From the NCBI GenBank assembly GCA_964423185.1, contig CAYRDK010000005.1, forward strand, positions 115,930 to 179,929: a DNA stretch of 64,000 nt, read 5' to 3'. The DNA comes from an uncultured Planctomycetia bacterium (GTDB taxonomy: Bacteria; Omnitrophota; Gorgyraeia; Velamenicoccales; Velamenicoccaceae). The translations under genes and the position numbers were made by a program. Positions 26,553 to 36,043 of this stretch are shown here, one piece after another. Below the pieces are notes generated by a model. The model saw only the letters and a list, made by a program, of their open reading frames with translations, was not told the origin of the DNA and searched no databases. Position 1 is the stretch's first letter. Each line of letters opens with the position of its first letter.

Positions 26553-28352
26553 CTACCATTGAAACTGGATACCGCATTTAAACTGGCGGTCCGATTCAGG
26601 AATACCTTCAATCTCCTGATACTCCACATTCAACAAATTATAAACTTCACAAAACAACCCAACATTCTTACTGACATCAAAAGTAAAACGATCATTGACC
26701 AATACCCACGCGCGGCGGCCAGGTTTTTTCTTCATAATAAAATCCACCCTGTTATGCCCAAATGAAAAACCGGAATCAATACCCAAATCCAACATATGTT
26801 TGGTATAATTTAGGCCGTATTTATAAATTTTGCTACAGCCTTTCATATGCTTATTGGCGAAAAAATACCTGAAATCCACTGTTAGATTTTGAGCCGCGCG
26901 CCAACGCGTAAAAAAATTCAAACCTTGTGTTGAACCTTCGCTGATATTGGCCGCGATAAATTTTGGGTCACTTGGCGTATTTTTAACAAAATCAATTGTG
27001 TCATATTCCTGCCTGACGAAAAAAGAAAACGAACCGTTCAGGTTTTCAAAAAATTTTTTGTTCCACCCGCATTCTAAACTAAGCGCCTGCTCAGGCTTTA
27101 AATCAGGGTCACTTCCTGTCGTCGGGTCACTATAATAAAGCTCCGTAAATGTGGGTATCCTGATTGAACGGCCGAAGGTCGCGTAAATATCACTGGCATC
27201 GCTGAAAAGGCGCTTCAACAAAACAGAACCTGTCAGTTCTTCTTTAAATGTGGAATAATCATCCACCCTTAAAGAAACCTGTGCGTTTAAAGAATCTGAG
27301 AATTGCCAAAGAGAATCCGCATACATATCCCAATGCTGGCGGTTATGCTTGCCTAAATTATTAGAACTAATCCTGTCCTCGCCGTAATCGGCACCTGTTG
27401 ATAGCTTTAAACCATCATGCGGAAACTCAAACCGGCCACCTGCTAAAAACATATCTGTCCGGTGATGATTAAGGTAAAGGCCGGGCCGGGTGATATCCAG
27501 CATGAACTTATCATGATGCTGCCTGAAATCAAACCTTGGCTCAAACGAAAAATGTTCACCTTTCAGGAGGCCGCGCACGTCAAAAAAACCAGTATTGGTC
27601 CATTCTTTTGACGGATAATTCTTGCCTGGCGTATAAAAATCATACGCGCCAAACTCCTTCTCATTATAGCCTGCATCCATAAAAAGGGATGCCTTGCCTT
27701 TTTCGACAGCGCTTGAATGAAAAAACGTAGATGAGCGAAAATCCGTATCATAACGGCATCCGTTGGACTGAGCGTGGTCAAAACTTAAGCGGTTGGAAAA
27801 ATCCTGCGGGCCGTATGCCAAGTTTAACTTTCCTTCAAATGTGTCGTAATTGCCGCCGGCTGCCGACACATAACCTTTTTTTCCCTGAGGCCTTTTTAAA
27901 ACAAAATTAATAGCCCCGCCGATGCCATTAGGGCCATAAACAGAAGAACGCCCTGCCGGGATAATCTCAATCCTTTCAATATCATCCTTATTAAAAAAAA
28001 GGTCTAAATTATGATGTGCCGTCTGCGGGTCATTAACAGGTACCCCGTTAACAAGAATAAGCACCTGCTGAAATGTTGAAGCGTTTAAAGAGACGTCCGA
28101 CTTAACGCCATAAAATCCGCGCGTTTGAACATCAACGCTCAAATAGTTTAAGATATCTTCAGGAGTATTAGCCGCTATTTTTTCAATATCGTCTTCTTCC
28201 AAGACAGATGTCAACACCTCTTCACGGCTACCATAAGAAGCATGCTTGACAACAATAGGTTCAAGCTCTGTTTCAGCATAAACAAAACCCGCCAAAAAGA
28301 TAAGAACTAAACAGGAAAATACAACAGAAGAACTATTTCTTTTTATCATCAT
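26553..28352 (-). CDS. TonB-dependent outer-membrane receptor
   Basis: It has a signal peptide, a plug (…VNGVPVND…IERIEIIPG…SSVYG), a beta-barrel and a terminal …QFQW. I set the start at MMIKRN; it overlaps the cysteine desulfurase stop by 20 nt. Confidence 0.85.
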   Translation of the reverse strand: MMIKRNSSSVVFSCLVLIFLAGFVYAETELEPIVVKHASYGSREEVLTSVLEEDDIEKIAANTPEDILNYLSVDVQTRGFYGVKSDVSLNASTFQQVLILVNGVPVNDPQTAHHNLDLFFNKDDIERIEIIPAGRSSVYGPNGIGGAINFVLKRPQGKKGYVSAAGGNYDTFEGKLNLAYGPQDFSNRLSFDHAQSNGCRYDTDFRSSTFFHSSAVEKGKASLFMDAGYNEKEFGAYDFYTPGKNYPSKEWTNTGFFDVRGLLKGEHFSFEPRFDFRQHHDKFMLDITRPGLYLNHHRTDMFLAGGRFEFPHDGLKLSTGADYGEDRISSNNLGKHNRQHWDMYADSLWQFSDSLNAQVSLRVDDYSTFKEELTGSVLLKRLFSDASDIYATFGRSIRIPTFTELYYSDPTTGSDPDLKPEQALSLECGWNKKFFENLNGSFSFFVRQEYDTIDFVKNTPSDPKFIAANISEGSTQGLNFFTRWRAAQNLTVDFRYFFANKHMKGCSKIYKYGLNYTKHMLDLGIDSGFSFGHNRVDFIMKKKPGRRAWVLVNDRFTFDVSKNVGLFCEVYNLLNVEYQEIEGIPESDRQFKCGIQFQW

Positions 28353-29502
28353 ATAAAGGAGACATGGCGCGCAGTTTTGAAACAACGCCGGGGAATACCT
28401 CTAAAAACCTGTCAATATCCTGCTCTTTTGAAAACCGGCCCAAAGTCAGCCTTATAGACCCATGGCAGAGCTCATGAGGACGGCCGATAGCCAACAAAAC
28501 ATGAGAAGGCTCCAAATCACCTGATGTGCACGCAGACCCTGTTGAAGCGGCGATACCCAACCTGTCAAGATTCAATAACATAGACTCCCCCTCAATAAAC
28601 TCTATAGAAAAGTTTACATTATTCGCAAGCCTGAATGTTGGATGGCCATTCAAATATACATATTCAATGTTTCTTTGAATACCGCTGATAAGCTTATCGC
28701 GCAACCTGGCCTCTTCCCGCGCTTCCTCAAGCATCGTCGCGCCGCAAAGCTCTAAAGCCTTGGCCAAACCTATAATACCGGCGACATTTTCGGTTGAAGC
28801 CCGCCTGTGTTTTTCCTGGCCGCCGCCGCGCAAATATGGGGCAATTTTTACCCCTCTTCTCACATAAAGGCACCCAACACCTTTCGGGCCATAAAACTTA
28901 TGCGCGGCTAAAGATAACAAATCCACATTCAAATCAACTACATTAACAGGAATATGCCCAACCGTTTGCACGGCATCCGTATGAAAATAGATACCTTTCT
29001 GACGCGCTAATAAGCCGATCTCTCTAATAGGCTGAATAGAACCAATCTCATTATTGGCATGCATACACGAAATAAGGATCGTCTTATCCGTTATCGCTTT
29101 TTCTATATCCTCAACAGGCACAATACCATTAGTGTCAGGCTTAACATAAGTAACTTTAAACCCTTTTTTTTCCAAAAATTGAGCCGGTTCCAGGACAGCA
29201 TGATGTTCAATGGCAGTTGTGATAATATGATTACATCCAGATTCATTCGCCCAAGCTATGCCTAAAAGAGCAAAATTGTCCGACTCTGTCCCGCCTGATG
29301 TGAAAATAATCTCCTCAAGGCCAGCCCCTAAAGAGGCGGCCACAACAGCGCGCGAGTCCTCCATCGCCTTTCGCGCCTGACGGCCAAAAGAATGAATACT
29401 GGAAGGATTGCCAAAAATATCCGCATGATAGGGCAACATCGCCTCAACAACCCGAGGGTCTGCCGGAGTCGTTGCCGCATAATCAAAATATATATTTTCC
29501 AT
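28333..29502 (-). CDS. nifS: Cysteine desulfurase (NifS/IscS class)
   Basis: YFDYAATTP, the PLP lysine in SLAAHKFYGPKG, and the catalytic loop STGSACTS are present. Confidence 0.9.
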   Translation of the reverse strand: MENIYFDYAATTPADPRVVEAMLPYHADIFGNPSSIHSFGRQARKAMEDSRAVVAASLGAGLEEIIFTSGGTESDNFALLGIAWANESGCNHIITTAIEHHAVLEPAQFLEKKGFKVTYVKPDTNGIVPVEDIEKAITDKTILISCMHANNEIGSIQPIREIGLLARQKGIYFHTDAVQTVGHIPVNVVDLNVDLLSLAAHKFYGPKGVGCLYVRRGVKIAPYLRGGGQEKHRRASTENVAGIIGLAKALELCGATMLEEAREEARLRDKLISGIQRNIEYVYLNGHPTFRLANNVNFSIEFIEGESMLLNLDRLGIAASTGSACTSGDLEPSHVLLAIGRPHELCHGSIRLTLGRFSKEQDIDRFLEVFPGVVSKLRAMSPLYDDKKK

Positions 29503-29627
29503 AAAAAACTTTATTTTTTGAGGTTTTTAAACCTTGAAGATTTCCGGGTTTTGATTAAATCAAATTTTTACAATGACGGTATTATACTCCAAAAAACCAT
29601 CTAAAATAAAGGATATTTTAAAAATGG

Positions 29628-30407
29628 CTAGCGGCCCCTGTATTCTCTTATATCAACATACACCAAGCCGTATTTCAGCGTTTCAAGAGCAGCCTCAACA
29701 CTTACCCTATCTCTAATTTTTATAATTTCAGCTTTATCAACTTCAATACAAGCGCGAAGGCCTTGATCCCGGAATCTTAAATTTCCTTTAATGCCAAAAT
29801 TTCGGCGTAAAAATCTTTCTACGCCTTCAATCTTATGCAGGCGCTCCGGAACAATCTTCTCATTAACAGGAATCCTTGTCGCAAGGCAAGGCGAAGAAGG
29901 CCTATCCCAACCAGACATCCCCCGGTCTTTTAATAAGAGCCGGATTTCCTGCTTCGTTAGCCCAGCTTCCTGAAGAGGGGAAACAATAGCTAATTCTGAA
30001 GCAGCTTTCTTGCCAGGACGCGCTTCCATAACATCATCAGCATGAGAACCATCAATAACATGCTTGAGGCTATATCCGGAGGCAATCTCTTTTAGTTTTG
30101 AAAAAAGAAGTTTTTTGCAAATATAACAGCGGTCTTGTGTATTCAAACAAAAAGAAGGATCATTAAGTTGCGCAGCCTCAATAACAAGGTGCCTGGCTTT
30201 GGCTGAGGCGGCAAACCCCATAGCATATTCAACTTCTTCCCGCGGGAAAAGCGCTGATGAAGCAGTGACGGCCAAACAGTTATCATCCGCCAAAACATCT
30301 TTAGCTACCGCTAACAAAAAAAGGCTGTCCACCCCGCCTGAAAAAGCAACCACGACTGACTGAAGGCCGGCCAACCTCTGTTTCAATGCGTCCAACTTCG
30401 CAAACAT
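29628..30407 (-). CDS. PP-loop ATP pyrophosphatase, LarE-like (TIGR00268-type) sulfur transferase
   Basis: The PP-loop AFSGGVDS and SSPCLATRIP, which is in the LarE Cys position, are present. Confidence 0.75.
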   Translation of the reverse strand: MFAKLDALKQRLAGLQSVVVAFSGGVDSLFLLAVAKDVLADDNCLAVTASSALFPREEVEYAMGFAASAKARHLVIEAAQLNDPSFCLNTQDRCYICKKLLFSKLKEIASGYSLKHVIDGSHADDVMEARPGKKAASELAIVSPLQEAGLTKQEIRLLLKDRGMSGWDRPSSPCLATRIPVNEKIVPERLHKIEGVERFLRRNFGIKGNLRFRDQGLRACIEVDKAEIIKIRDRVSVEAALETLKYGLVYVDIREYRGR

Positions 30408-30428
30408 GACAACCTTTTCAAACGCTTC

Positions 30429-30656
30429 CTACTCCGTTACCACTTCTTTGATTTCAGGGACCTTGCTCTTAATCAAACGCTCAACACCCATCTTAAGCGT
30501 CATTGACGACATTGGGCACCCACTGCAGGCACCAGTCAATTTCACAACCACCTTGCCATCTTCAGTCACTTTAATCAATTTCACATCCCCGCCATCAGAC
30601 TGCAGCATCGGCCTGACCGCTTTTAACGCCTCTTCAACTTTTTCTTTTAATGTCAT
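30429..30656 (-). CDS. Nfu/NifU C-terminal-domain Fe-S carrier
   Basis: DGGDV.L……[10 protein letters not shown] is present. Confidence 0.85.
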   Translation of the reverse strand: MTLKEKVEEALKAVRPMLQSDGGDVKLIKVTEDGKVVVKLTGACSGCPMSSMTLKMGVERLIKSKVPEIKEVVTE

Positions 30657-30665
30657 CTCATCCTC

Positions 30666-31004
30666 CTATAATGTGAGATAATTATCAGTTATGGAATCTT
30701 CTTCTCTAAACTGTTTTTTAAACAATTTGTTTAACACTTTCTTATCAGAATCCGTACAAATCTCTTCAAAAAATTTCTGCACATGTCTTTTACTTTCTCC
30801 TTCTTTCTGAAAATCAAAAAATATTTTTGCAACGGCTTCGGCTATGATGATAAAAAACAAAACATCTAAAGCCGGCCGGCCCTTCTGGTAAACCTTGTCA
30901 GCTAAATATAACATCCTCGCGCACTGATGAACAATTAATCTTGCCTTTTGATTTGTTTTAGCTGATCCTATAAATTCTTCTGCAGCTTTTTGATTGCCAA
31001 ACAC
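30666..31004 (-). CDS. Hypothetical helical protein (GTG start)
   Basis: There is an ORF only and I recognise no motif. The frame stays open upstream to 31106 without a canonical start. Confidence 0.4.
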   Translation of the reverse strand: MFGNQKAAEEFIGSAKTNQKARLIVHQCARMLYLADKVYQKGRPALDVLFFIIIAEAVAKIFFDFQKEGESKRHVQKFFEEICTDSDKKVLNKLFKKQFREEDSITDNYLTL

Positions 31005-31095
31005 AGAAACAAAATATTCACAAATATCAATACTAGCTATATGTTTTTCTGTTTTTATCCGTATTGAAAATTCTTTTAAACCGCTATCTATCTCG

Positions 31096-31488
31096 TTAAA
31101 GTAATTTTATCGGCAGATGCCGCTTATAACTTTCAAAATCTTTATCACTTGTAAAAATAACAAGATCTTCCAGATAAGCCACCGAACAAATCAAAAAATC
31201 AATCGTTGAACCTTGGACGCCCTTGCTCCTGCAGGCATTACTAAATTCGGCGGCTTGTTCAAAATGTTCTGTTTTAAGCGCTATATCTTCAAAAGATAAA
31301 AGAATACCCTTTAACTGCTCAAATTGGTTTTTATCAGGTATGCCGGATAAAAGCTCCTGGCGGATAAGGCCCATCATGACAACTCTGCCATCTTCAATCA
31401 GGTCTTGAAGCTTTTTGGTTATCTCTAAATCAGGGGATTTATAGCGCAAGGCCTGCGACCAAATACAGGTATCAACTAAAACTTTCAT
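31096..31488 (-). CDS. vapC: PIN-domain toxin VapC
   Basis: MKVLVDTCIW contains the first acidic residue. It is about 130 aa and its start overlaps the antitoxin stop (ATGA). Confidence 0.85.
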   Translation of the reverse strand: MKVLVDTCIWSQALRYKSPDLEITKKLQDLIEDGRVVMMGLIRQELLSGIPDKNQFEQLKGILLSFEDIALKTEHFEQAAEFSNACRSKGVQGSTIDFLICSVAYLEDLVIFTSDKDFESYKRHLPIKLL

Positions 31489-31682
31489 TAGTTTCTGGCC
31501 TTTTTATAGTCATAATCTTTGCCAAAATCAACAGACCCAAAAGCCTTGAAAATATTCAACTGCTTCTTATGAGCAATATATTCCCGTAAAGCCGCTGTCA
31601 CAGCCTCTCTCTTGGTTTTATGATGCCCCGCCTTCTGAGCCTGCATAATCAACTTATCATCCAATGCTAAATTCGTCGCCAT
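31488..31682 (-). CDS. vapB: Type II antitoxin VapB (DUF2191/RHH-like)
   Basis: MATNLALDDKLIMQAQ……KREAVTAALREY is present, with AGGAGG 7 nt upstream. Confidence 0.8.
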   Translation of the reverse strand: MATNLALDDKLIMQAQKAGHHKTKREAVTAALREYIAHKKQLNIFKAFGSVDFGKDYDYKKARN

Positions 31683-31694
31683 CTCAACACCTCC

Positions 31695-31730
31695 TTTTAC
31701 ACATAATATAACACATTATTATGTGTAAAA
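31695..31730. promoter_or_regulatory. 13-bp inverted repeat (TTTTACACATAAT-N10-ATTATGTGTAAAA) overlapping the vapBC promoter
   Basis: The perfect inverted repeat lies directly upstream of the vapB SD. On the minus strand, TTGTTT-17 nt-TATATT is embedded in it. Confidence 0.5.
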
Positions 31731-31837
31731 CAAAGAAATTATTCTAACAATCCATAGACGGCTGATTTCCCATAATATTGGTAACCACATATGGGCCGAC
31801 GCAAGGCCGCCTCCCTATGATGTTGTTAATTCTTGCT

Positions 31838-31875
31838 TCCCTGTGCCCCGTCCCCTGTACCCTGACCCCTGTATT
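31838..31875 (-). repeat. Heptamer-periodic G-rich tract (NNCAGGG)x5 directly after a stop codon
   Basis: On the plus strand, CTG or CCG recurs at 31841, 31848, 31855, 31862 and 31869. The minus strand reads TAA-TACAGGGGTCAGGGTACAGGGGACGGGGCACAGGG. Confidence 0.6.
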
Positions 31876-33163
31876 ATCTCCCCCAAACGACCCACACAAA
31901 AATATAAGCGGCAAAAACAGCGGCCAGCGTAAAAGGAAAACCGATTTTAAAAAACTCTTTAAAGCTGACGGCGTGGCCATGTTTTTTCAAAAGACCGCAG
32001 GCGACAATATTGGCTGAGGCACCTATAGGCGTAATATTACCGCCAAGACTTGCGCCAATCAAAAGGCCAAACAATAATAACGACGGATTAATATGCAGCT
32101 TATCCGACATAGAAACAGCCACCGGCAGCATGGCTGCTAAAAACGGCACATTATCCACAAAAGCCGAAGCAAAAACCGAAACAAAAACAATCAATGTATA
32201 GGCCAAAAATACATTTGTGCCCACCCAATGAAAAAGCACTCCTGAAATCGCGTCAATCCAGCCGGTCTGAGTCACGCCGCCGACCAAAACAAAAACCCCG
32301 GCTAAAAAAAAGGTTGTTTCCCAATCAAGTGACTTTATATTCTTAAAAAAGCATTTCTGATAAACGATCAGTTCCCACACAGCGCAGGCCAAACCAAACA
32401 CCATACAGAGAATACCTGCCATATAGGAAAAACCCCTATCTAAAAACGAGGACAAAGCCAAAGAAACAATTAAAACAACAAGGATAACCGTCGGTACCCA
32501 GGAACGTACCTGTTCGCTCACTTCAAGTTTTACCCTTTTTTTCTGATCCCGGAAAATATAATACAAAACAATAAAAGATACTAAAGCACCTGCCTGAACG
32601 GCAAAAAATATGCTCATACGGCCCTGATAAAAAAAGAAGTCCATAAAATTCATTCCTGCATACCCGCCCAAAAGCATACTTGGCGGATCGCCTATCAATG
32701 TAGCCGTACCCTGCAAATTACTTGAAACAGCGATAGCGATAAGCATCTTGACCGGGTTCATATTCAGCTTTTTGGCCAAGGACAAGGCGATAGGCGCCAC
32801 AATTAACACAGTCGCCACATTTTCCACAAAGGCCGATATAAAACCCGTCATCGCGCAGATAAGTAAAATAGAGATGGCTGTATTTTTAGAGCGGTTAACA
32901 ATGATTTCAGCCAAATAGGCCGGCAGGCGGCTTTCCATAAAAGCATTAGCGACAAACAACGTGCCGACAAAAATCCCCATAACGTTCCAATTAACCGCCC
33001 AAAAAGCATCTTGAAACGTCATGACCCGAAACACAATAAGCGCGAAAGCGGCCATAATAGCCACAAGCGTCCTTCTGTGAGGAAGAAAAATAAAAAACAG
33101 ATATGCCAAAGCAAAAATAGCACCTGCCATATATGCCGAATTCATAAAACCTCGTATTAACAA
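31874..33163 (-). CDS. ArsB/NhaD (IT-superfamily) anion or Na+/H+ permease
   Basis: It has about 11-12 TM segments, with NLQGTATLIGDPP and SLGGNITPIGASAN hairpin motifs. Confidence 0.75.
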   Translation of the reverse strand: MLIRGFMNSAYMAGAIFALAYLFFIFLPHRRTLVAIMAAFALIVFRVMTFQDAFWAVNWNVMGIFVGTLFVANAFMESRLPAYLAEIIVNRSKNTAISILLICAMTGFISAFVENVATVLIVAPIALSLAKKLNMNPVKMLIAIAVSSNLQGTATLIGDPPSMLLGGYAGMNFMDFFFYQGRMSIFFAVQAGALVSFIVLYYIFRDQKKRVKLEVSEQVRSWVPTVILVVLIVSLALSSFLDRGFSYMAGILCMVFGLACAVWELIVYQKCFFKNIKSLDWETTFFLAGVFVLVGGVTQTGWIDAISGVLFHWVGTNVFLAYTLIVFVSVFASAFVDNVPFLAAMLPVAVSMSDKLHINPSLLLFGLLIGASLGGNITPIGASANIVACGLLKKHGHAVSFKEFFKIGFPFTLAAVFAAYIFVWVVWGR

Positions 33164-33194
33164 TATTTTTTCGCTTTTCGGTTTACGGTTTTTA

Positions 33195-34214
33195 CTATAC
33201 TTGATAATATCTGATATCTTCTTCGCCTAATGGCGGAACATGCAGGCATTCTTCTTTACCGCCACGCCTGATAAGAATTTCACATGTCTCGCCTGTCGGC
33301 GATGTCTTTTTATTAATGTACCTGCAAACAATCATAGCGCTCAAAGCCACATCTCCTATATGGAAAAACCGCCCAACGCCCAATGCCGACGGGCCGCAAA
33401 CTTGCGGTAGAGGCGTAAAGATGATGTCTTTTTCACTTGCCGCGGCCTCTAAAGCCGCGTTCTCTTTTTCATTACGGCCGACAATCAGTTTTGATTCTCT
33501 ATTGATACGAAAAAGACGGCCCATTTTCAATAAATCCAAATCTCTTCTATTCCAGGCCCCGTGTGTTAAAAGATCCTGAAAACGCCGTGAGAATGCCGGG
33601 TCTGTCAATAAACACCCTCCGCCGGGATTAGGATAATCATTAATCTGAAACTGCCGCGCAAGCTTCATCTGCTCATTTCTGCTGCGGCCGCTGATCCCAA
33701 AAAGTTTCAAACGGTCAACCCAGCCTTTTTGTTCAGGAATTGTAGGTTCCAAAAGCTGAGCCGATAAAGGGCGCAAAATCAGGCCTTCCAATCCCGACCT
33801 TTTTTCAATCATGCGCAGTGTTTCTTTTTTTTGTGACATCGGGCGCTGGCCGGCGACCTCTCCTGTAATCAAAAAAGAAGCGTTATAATTCTTCATCAAC
33901 TCGCCCGCCTTCTTTAACATAAGGAGCCGGCAATCAATACAAGGATTCATATGCGCGCCAAAGCCATATTGAGGATCCTCCAACATCTGGCGGCATCCGC
34001 CTGAGATATCAACAATCTCACACCTCACGCCGATCTGCTGACAGGCTTCTAAAACCTGTTTTTGCATCGCCTTCTGTTTTTCAAGAAGCCAAAAAGGGAC
34101 AATGAAATTGACAGCGACAACCTCAACACCCAACTGAGCCACAATCTTCGCTGCCAGAATGCTGTCCAACCCTCCGGAAACCAATGCAATGGCTTTAATA
34201 TTCTTCTCGTTCAT
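33195..34214 (-). CDS. PP-loop ATPase, MnmA/ThiI-like thiouridylase paralog with a distinct C-terminus
   Basis: The PP-loop LVSGGLDS, NPCIDCRLLMLKKA (compare NPCVRCN of MnmA), and GGGCLLTD are present. Confidence 0.7.
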   Translation of the reverse strand: MNEKNIKAIALVSGGLDSILAAKIVAQLGVEVVAVNFIVPFWLLEKQKAMQKQVLEACQQIGVRCEIVDISGGCRQMLEDPQYGFGAHMNPCIDCRLLMLKKAGELMKNYNASFLITGEVAGQRPMSQKKETLRMIEKRSGLEGLILRPLSAQLLEPTIPEQKGWVDRLKLFGISGRSRNEQMKLARQFQINDYPNPGGGCLLTDPAFSRRFQDLLTHGAWNRRDLDLLKMGRLFRINRESKLIVGRNEKENAALEAAASEKDIIFTPLPQVCGPSALGVGRFFHIGDVALSAMIVCRYINKKTSPTGETCEILIRRGGKEECLHVPPLGEEDIRYYQV

Positions 34215-34227
34215 AAAATCCGTTCTT

Positions 34228-34299
34228 TCAGGGTTCAGTGTTCAGCTAGTGCAAAAAAGATTTTGGTTTTACTGAACCCCGTACCCGGTGCCCCGTCAT
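34228..34299. repeat. Inverted heptamer-periodic tracts (GNGTTCA)n / (CCGNNCC)n
   Basis: gggttca gtgttca spans 34231-34244. ctgaacc ccgtacc cggtgcc ccgtcat spans 34272-34299. gggttcag is complementary to ctgaaccc. Confidence 0.5.
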
Positions 34300-34300
34300 T

Positions 34301-36028
34301 TTATAAAATAATATTTAGAATCCCACCTACCAACAACGTCACCCCTGCCATAATCGCAATACCGGCTAAAAGATACTTCCATCCCAGTTCTTTTAAAAAA
34401 ATAACGAATGTCGCGATACAGGGAAATGACATAGACAAAACAACACAAGCGATAATCAACTGTTTGATTGAAAGGCCGAGTGGAATCAATAATCCCGCCG
34501 CAATATCCTTTCTTAAAAACCCGATACACAACGGAAAAATAGCATCTTTAGGCAACCCTAACACAGCCTTCATAACGGGCGCAAAGAAATCACTGACTAT
34601 TTCAAAAATATGAATATACTGCAAAAGATTAATAATCACAACACCCAACATGACGTAAGGGAGAGCATCAAAGATAAACTCTCGAACCCTGATCCATAAT
34701 TTTGAAAAAAAGATATCTGCCGGCGGAAAACGATAAGGCGGAATCTCCAAGACTAATTCAGGGCTGTATCCTTTTAAAGAGTGATTCAAAATAAAACCTA
34801 TCACAACCCAAACAAAAAAAAGTGAAGCATAAACAATAATAAGTGGATATATTCCGAAAGGGCTCAAGAGCCTAAGCATCATGGCCTGAAGCGCCGCGCA
34901 TGGCACAGCAATAGATATCAAGGTTGAGGCGATGAAACGCTCCCGCTTGCTTTCTAAAACACGCGTAGCCATAATACCCGGCACGTTACATCCAAACCCA
35001 AGCAAAATAGGAATGATAGCAAAACCATGAAGCCCGAGCCTGTGCATCACAGCATCCAAAAGCAACGCAAAACGCGGCAGATAGCCGATATCTTCCAAGA
35101 GCCCTAAAACAAGATAAAAAGAAATAATATACGGTAAAACAAGATTAAACTCCACATAAGGCGCCGTTGTTAATAAACCGGCGGAGTTCTTATAATCTAT
35201 TGTGCCGCTTAGTAAATCGCCGATTAAAACATGATGAAGAAAATTATTTTGGCCTAAAAAAGCGCTTAATTTCATCAATAGAGGCGCATAGATATTATTA
35301 AAGACAGGATCCAACAAATACGTGGTCAGCCCCTCGCCGATAAAACGCACAATCTTAAAAACAGCATAAATAACAATAATGCCTATGGCCACGCCGCTCA
35401 CCGGATGTATAGATAAATCTTCTAAAAATTCACGCCAGTTATGATGCTTATGAGTTAACTTTTGCGCGGCTAAAATAATTTCACCAACAGCCTGCCAGAG
35501 TTCATCATGCGTGCGTATGCGCGCGGGGCGAAGTTTAACCTCGCTAAGCCTGTCTTTGAGCTGCCTTACACCCAACGCCGTCACACCGCATGTCGCGATA
35601 ACAGGCGCGCCAAGCAAACTTTCTATCTTTTCAAAATCAACCTCAACCCCTCTATGTTTTAACTCATCACACATATTCAAGGCGGCCATAACGGGATAAC
35701 CCCGGTCAATCAAATCAAGCGTCAGATGAAGATTGCGCTCGAGATTCGTACTGTCCACAACATTAAGCACAATTAAATCTTTATCTTTTCTAAAAGCCTC
35801 TTCCAGAAAATCCCGCGTAACCTCCTCGGCTTTTGACGTCGGTTCCAGGCTGTATGTACCAGGCAAATCAATCACCTCAAACTTCTCATCAGCCAATTTC
35901 ATAAAGCCTTTTCTATACTCAACGGTTGTGCCGGCATAGTTAGAAGTCATCACCTGCACACCCGTTAAACGCGCGAAGACAACACTTTTGCCGACGTTAG
36001 GATTTCCTATTAAAAGAATCTTCCTCAT
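34301..36028 (-). CDS. feoB: Ferrous iron transporter FeoB
   Basis: The G-domain motifs GNPNVGKS, DLPG and NMCD are followed by a polytopic permease. Confidence 0.9.
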   Translation of the reverse strand: MRKILLIGNPNVGKSVVFARLTGVQVMTSNYAGTTVEYRKGFMKLADEKFEVIDLPGTYSLEPTSKAEEVTRDFLEEAFRKDKDLIVLNVVDSTNLERNLHLTLDLIDRGYPVMAALNMCDELKHRGVEVDFEKIESLLGAPVIATCGVTALGVRQLKDRLSEVKLRPARIRTHDELWQAVGEIILAAQKLTHKHHNWREFLEDLSIHPVSGVAIGIIVIYAVFKIVRFIGEGLTTYLLDPVFNNIYAPLLMKLSAFLGQNNFLHHVLIGDLLSGTIDYKNSAGLLTTAPYVEFNLVLPYIISFYLVLGLLEDIGYLPRFALLLDAVMHRLGLHGFAIIPILLGFGCNVPGIMATRVLESKRERFIASTLISIAVPCAALQAMMLRLLSPFGIYPLIIVYASLFFVWVVIGFILNHSLKGYSPELVLEIPPYRFPPADIFFSKLWIRVREFIFDALPYVMLGVVIINLLQYIHIFEIVSDFFAPVMKAVLGLPKDAIFPLCIGFLRKDIAAGLLIPLGLSIKQLIIACVVLSMSFPCIATFVIFLKELGWKYLLAGIAIMAGVTLLVGGILNIIL

Positions 36029-36043
36029 AGTATTCTAATTAGA

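Noticed and set aside
28353-29627. Looked for a cobalamin riboswitch upstream of the BtuB-like TonB receptor
   Set aside because: The receptor start overlaps nifS. The only leader (29503-29627) is about 125 nt and lacks a B12-box-like GCCACTG core.
31744-32017. 78-aa minus and 79-aa plus ORFs over the heptamer array
   Set aside because: They overlap the permease 3' end and the repeat tract. Their sequence is repeat-driven (Pro/Gly/Cys-rich) and has no start context.
34062-34613. 183-aa plus-strand ORF spanning the end of the PP-loop gene, the heptamer spacer and the end of feoB
   Set aside because: It is antisense to two well-supported minus-strand genes, has low-complexity composition and crosses an intergenic repeat. 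It is a shadow ORF.
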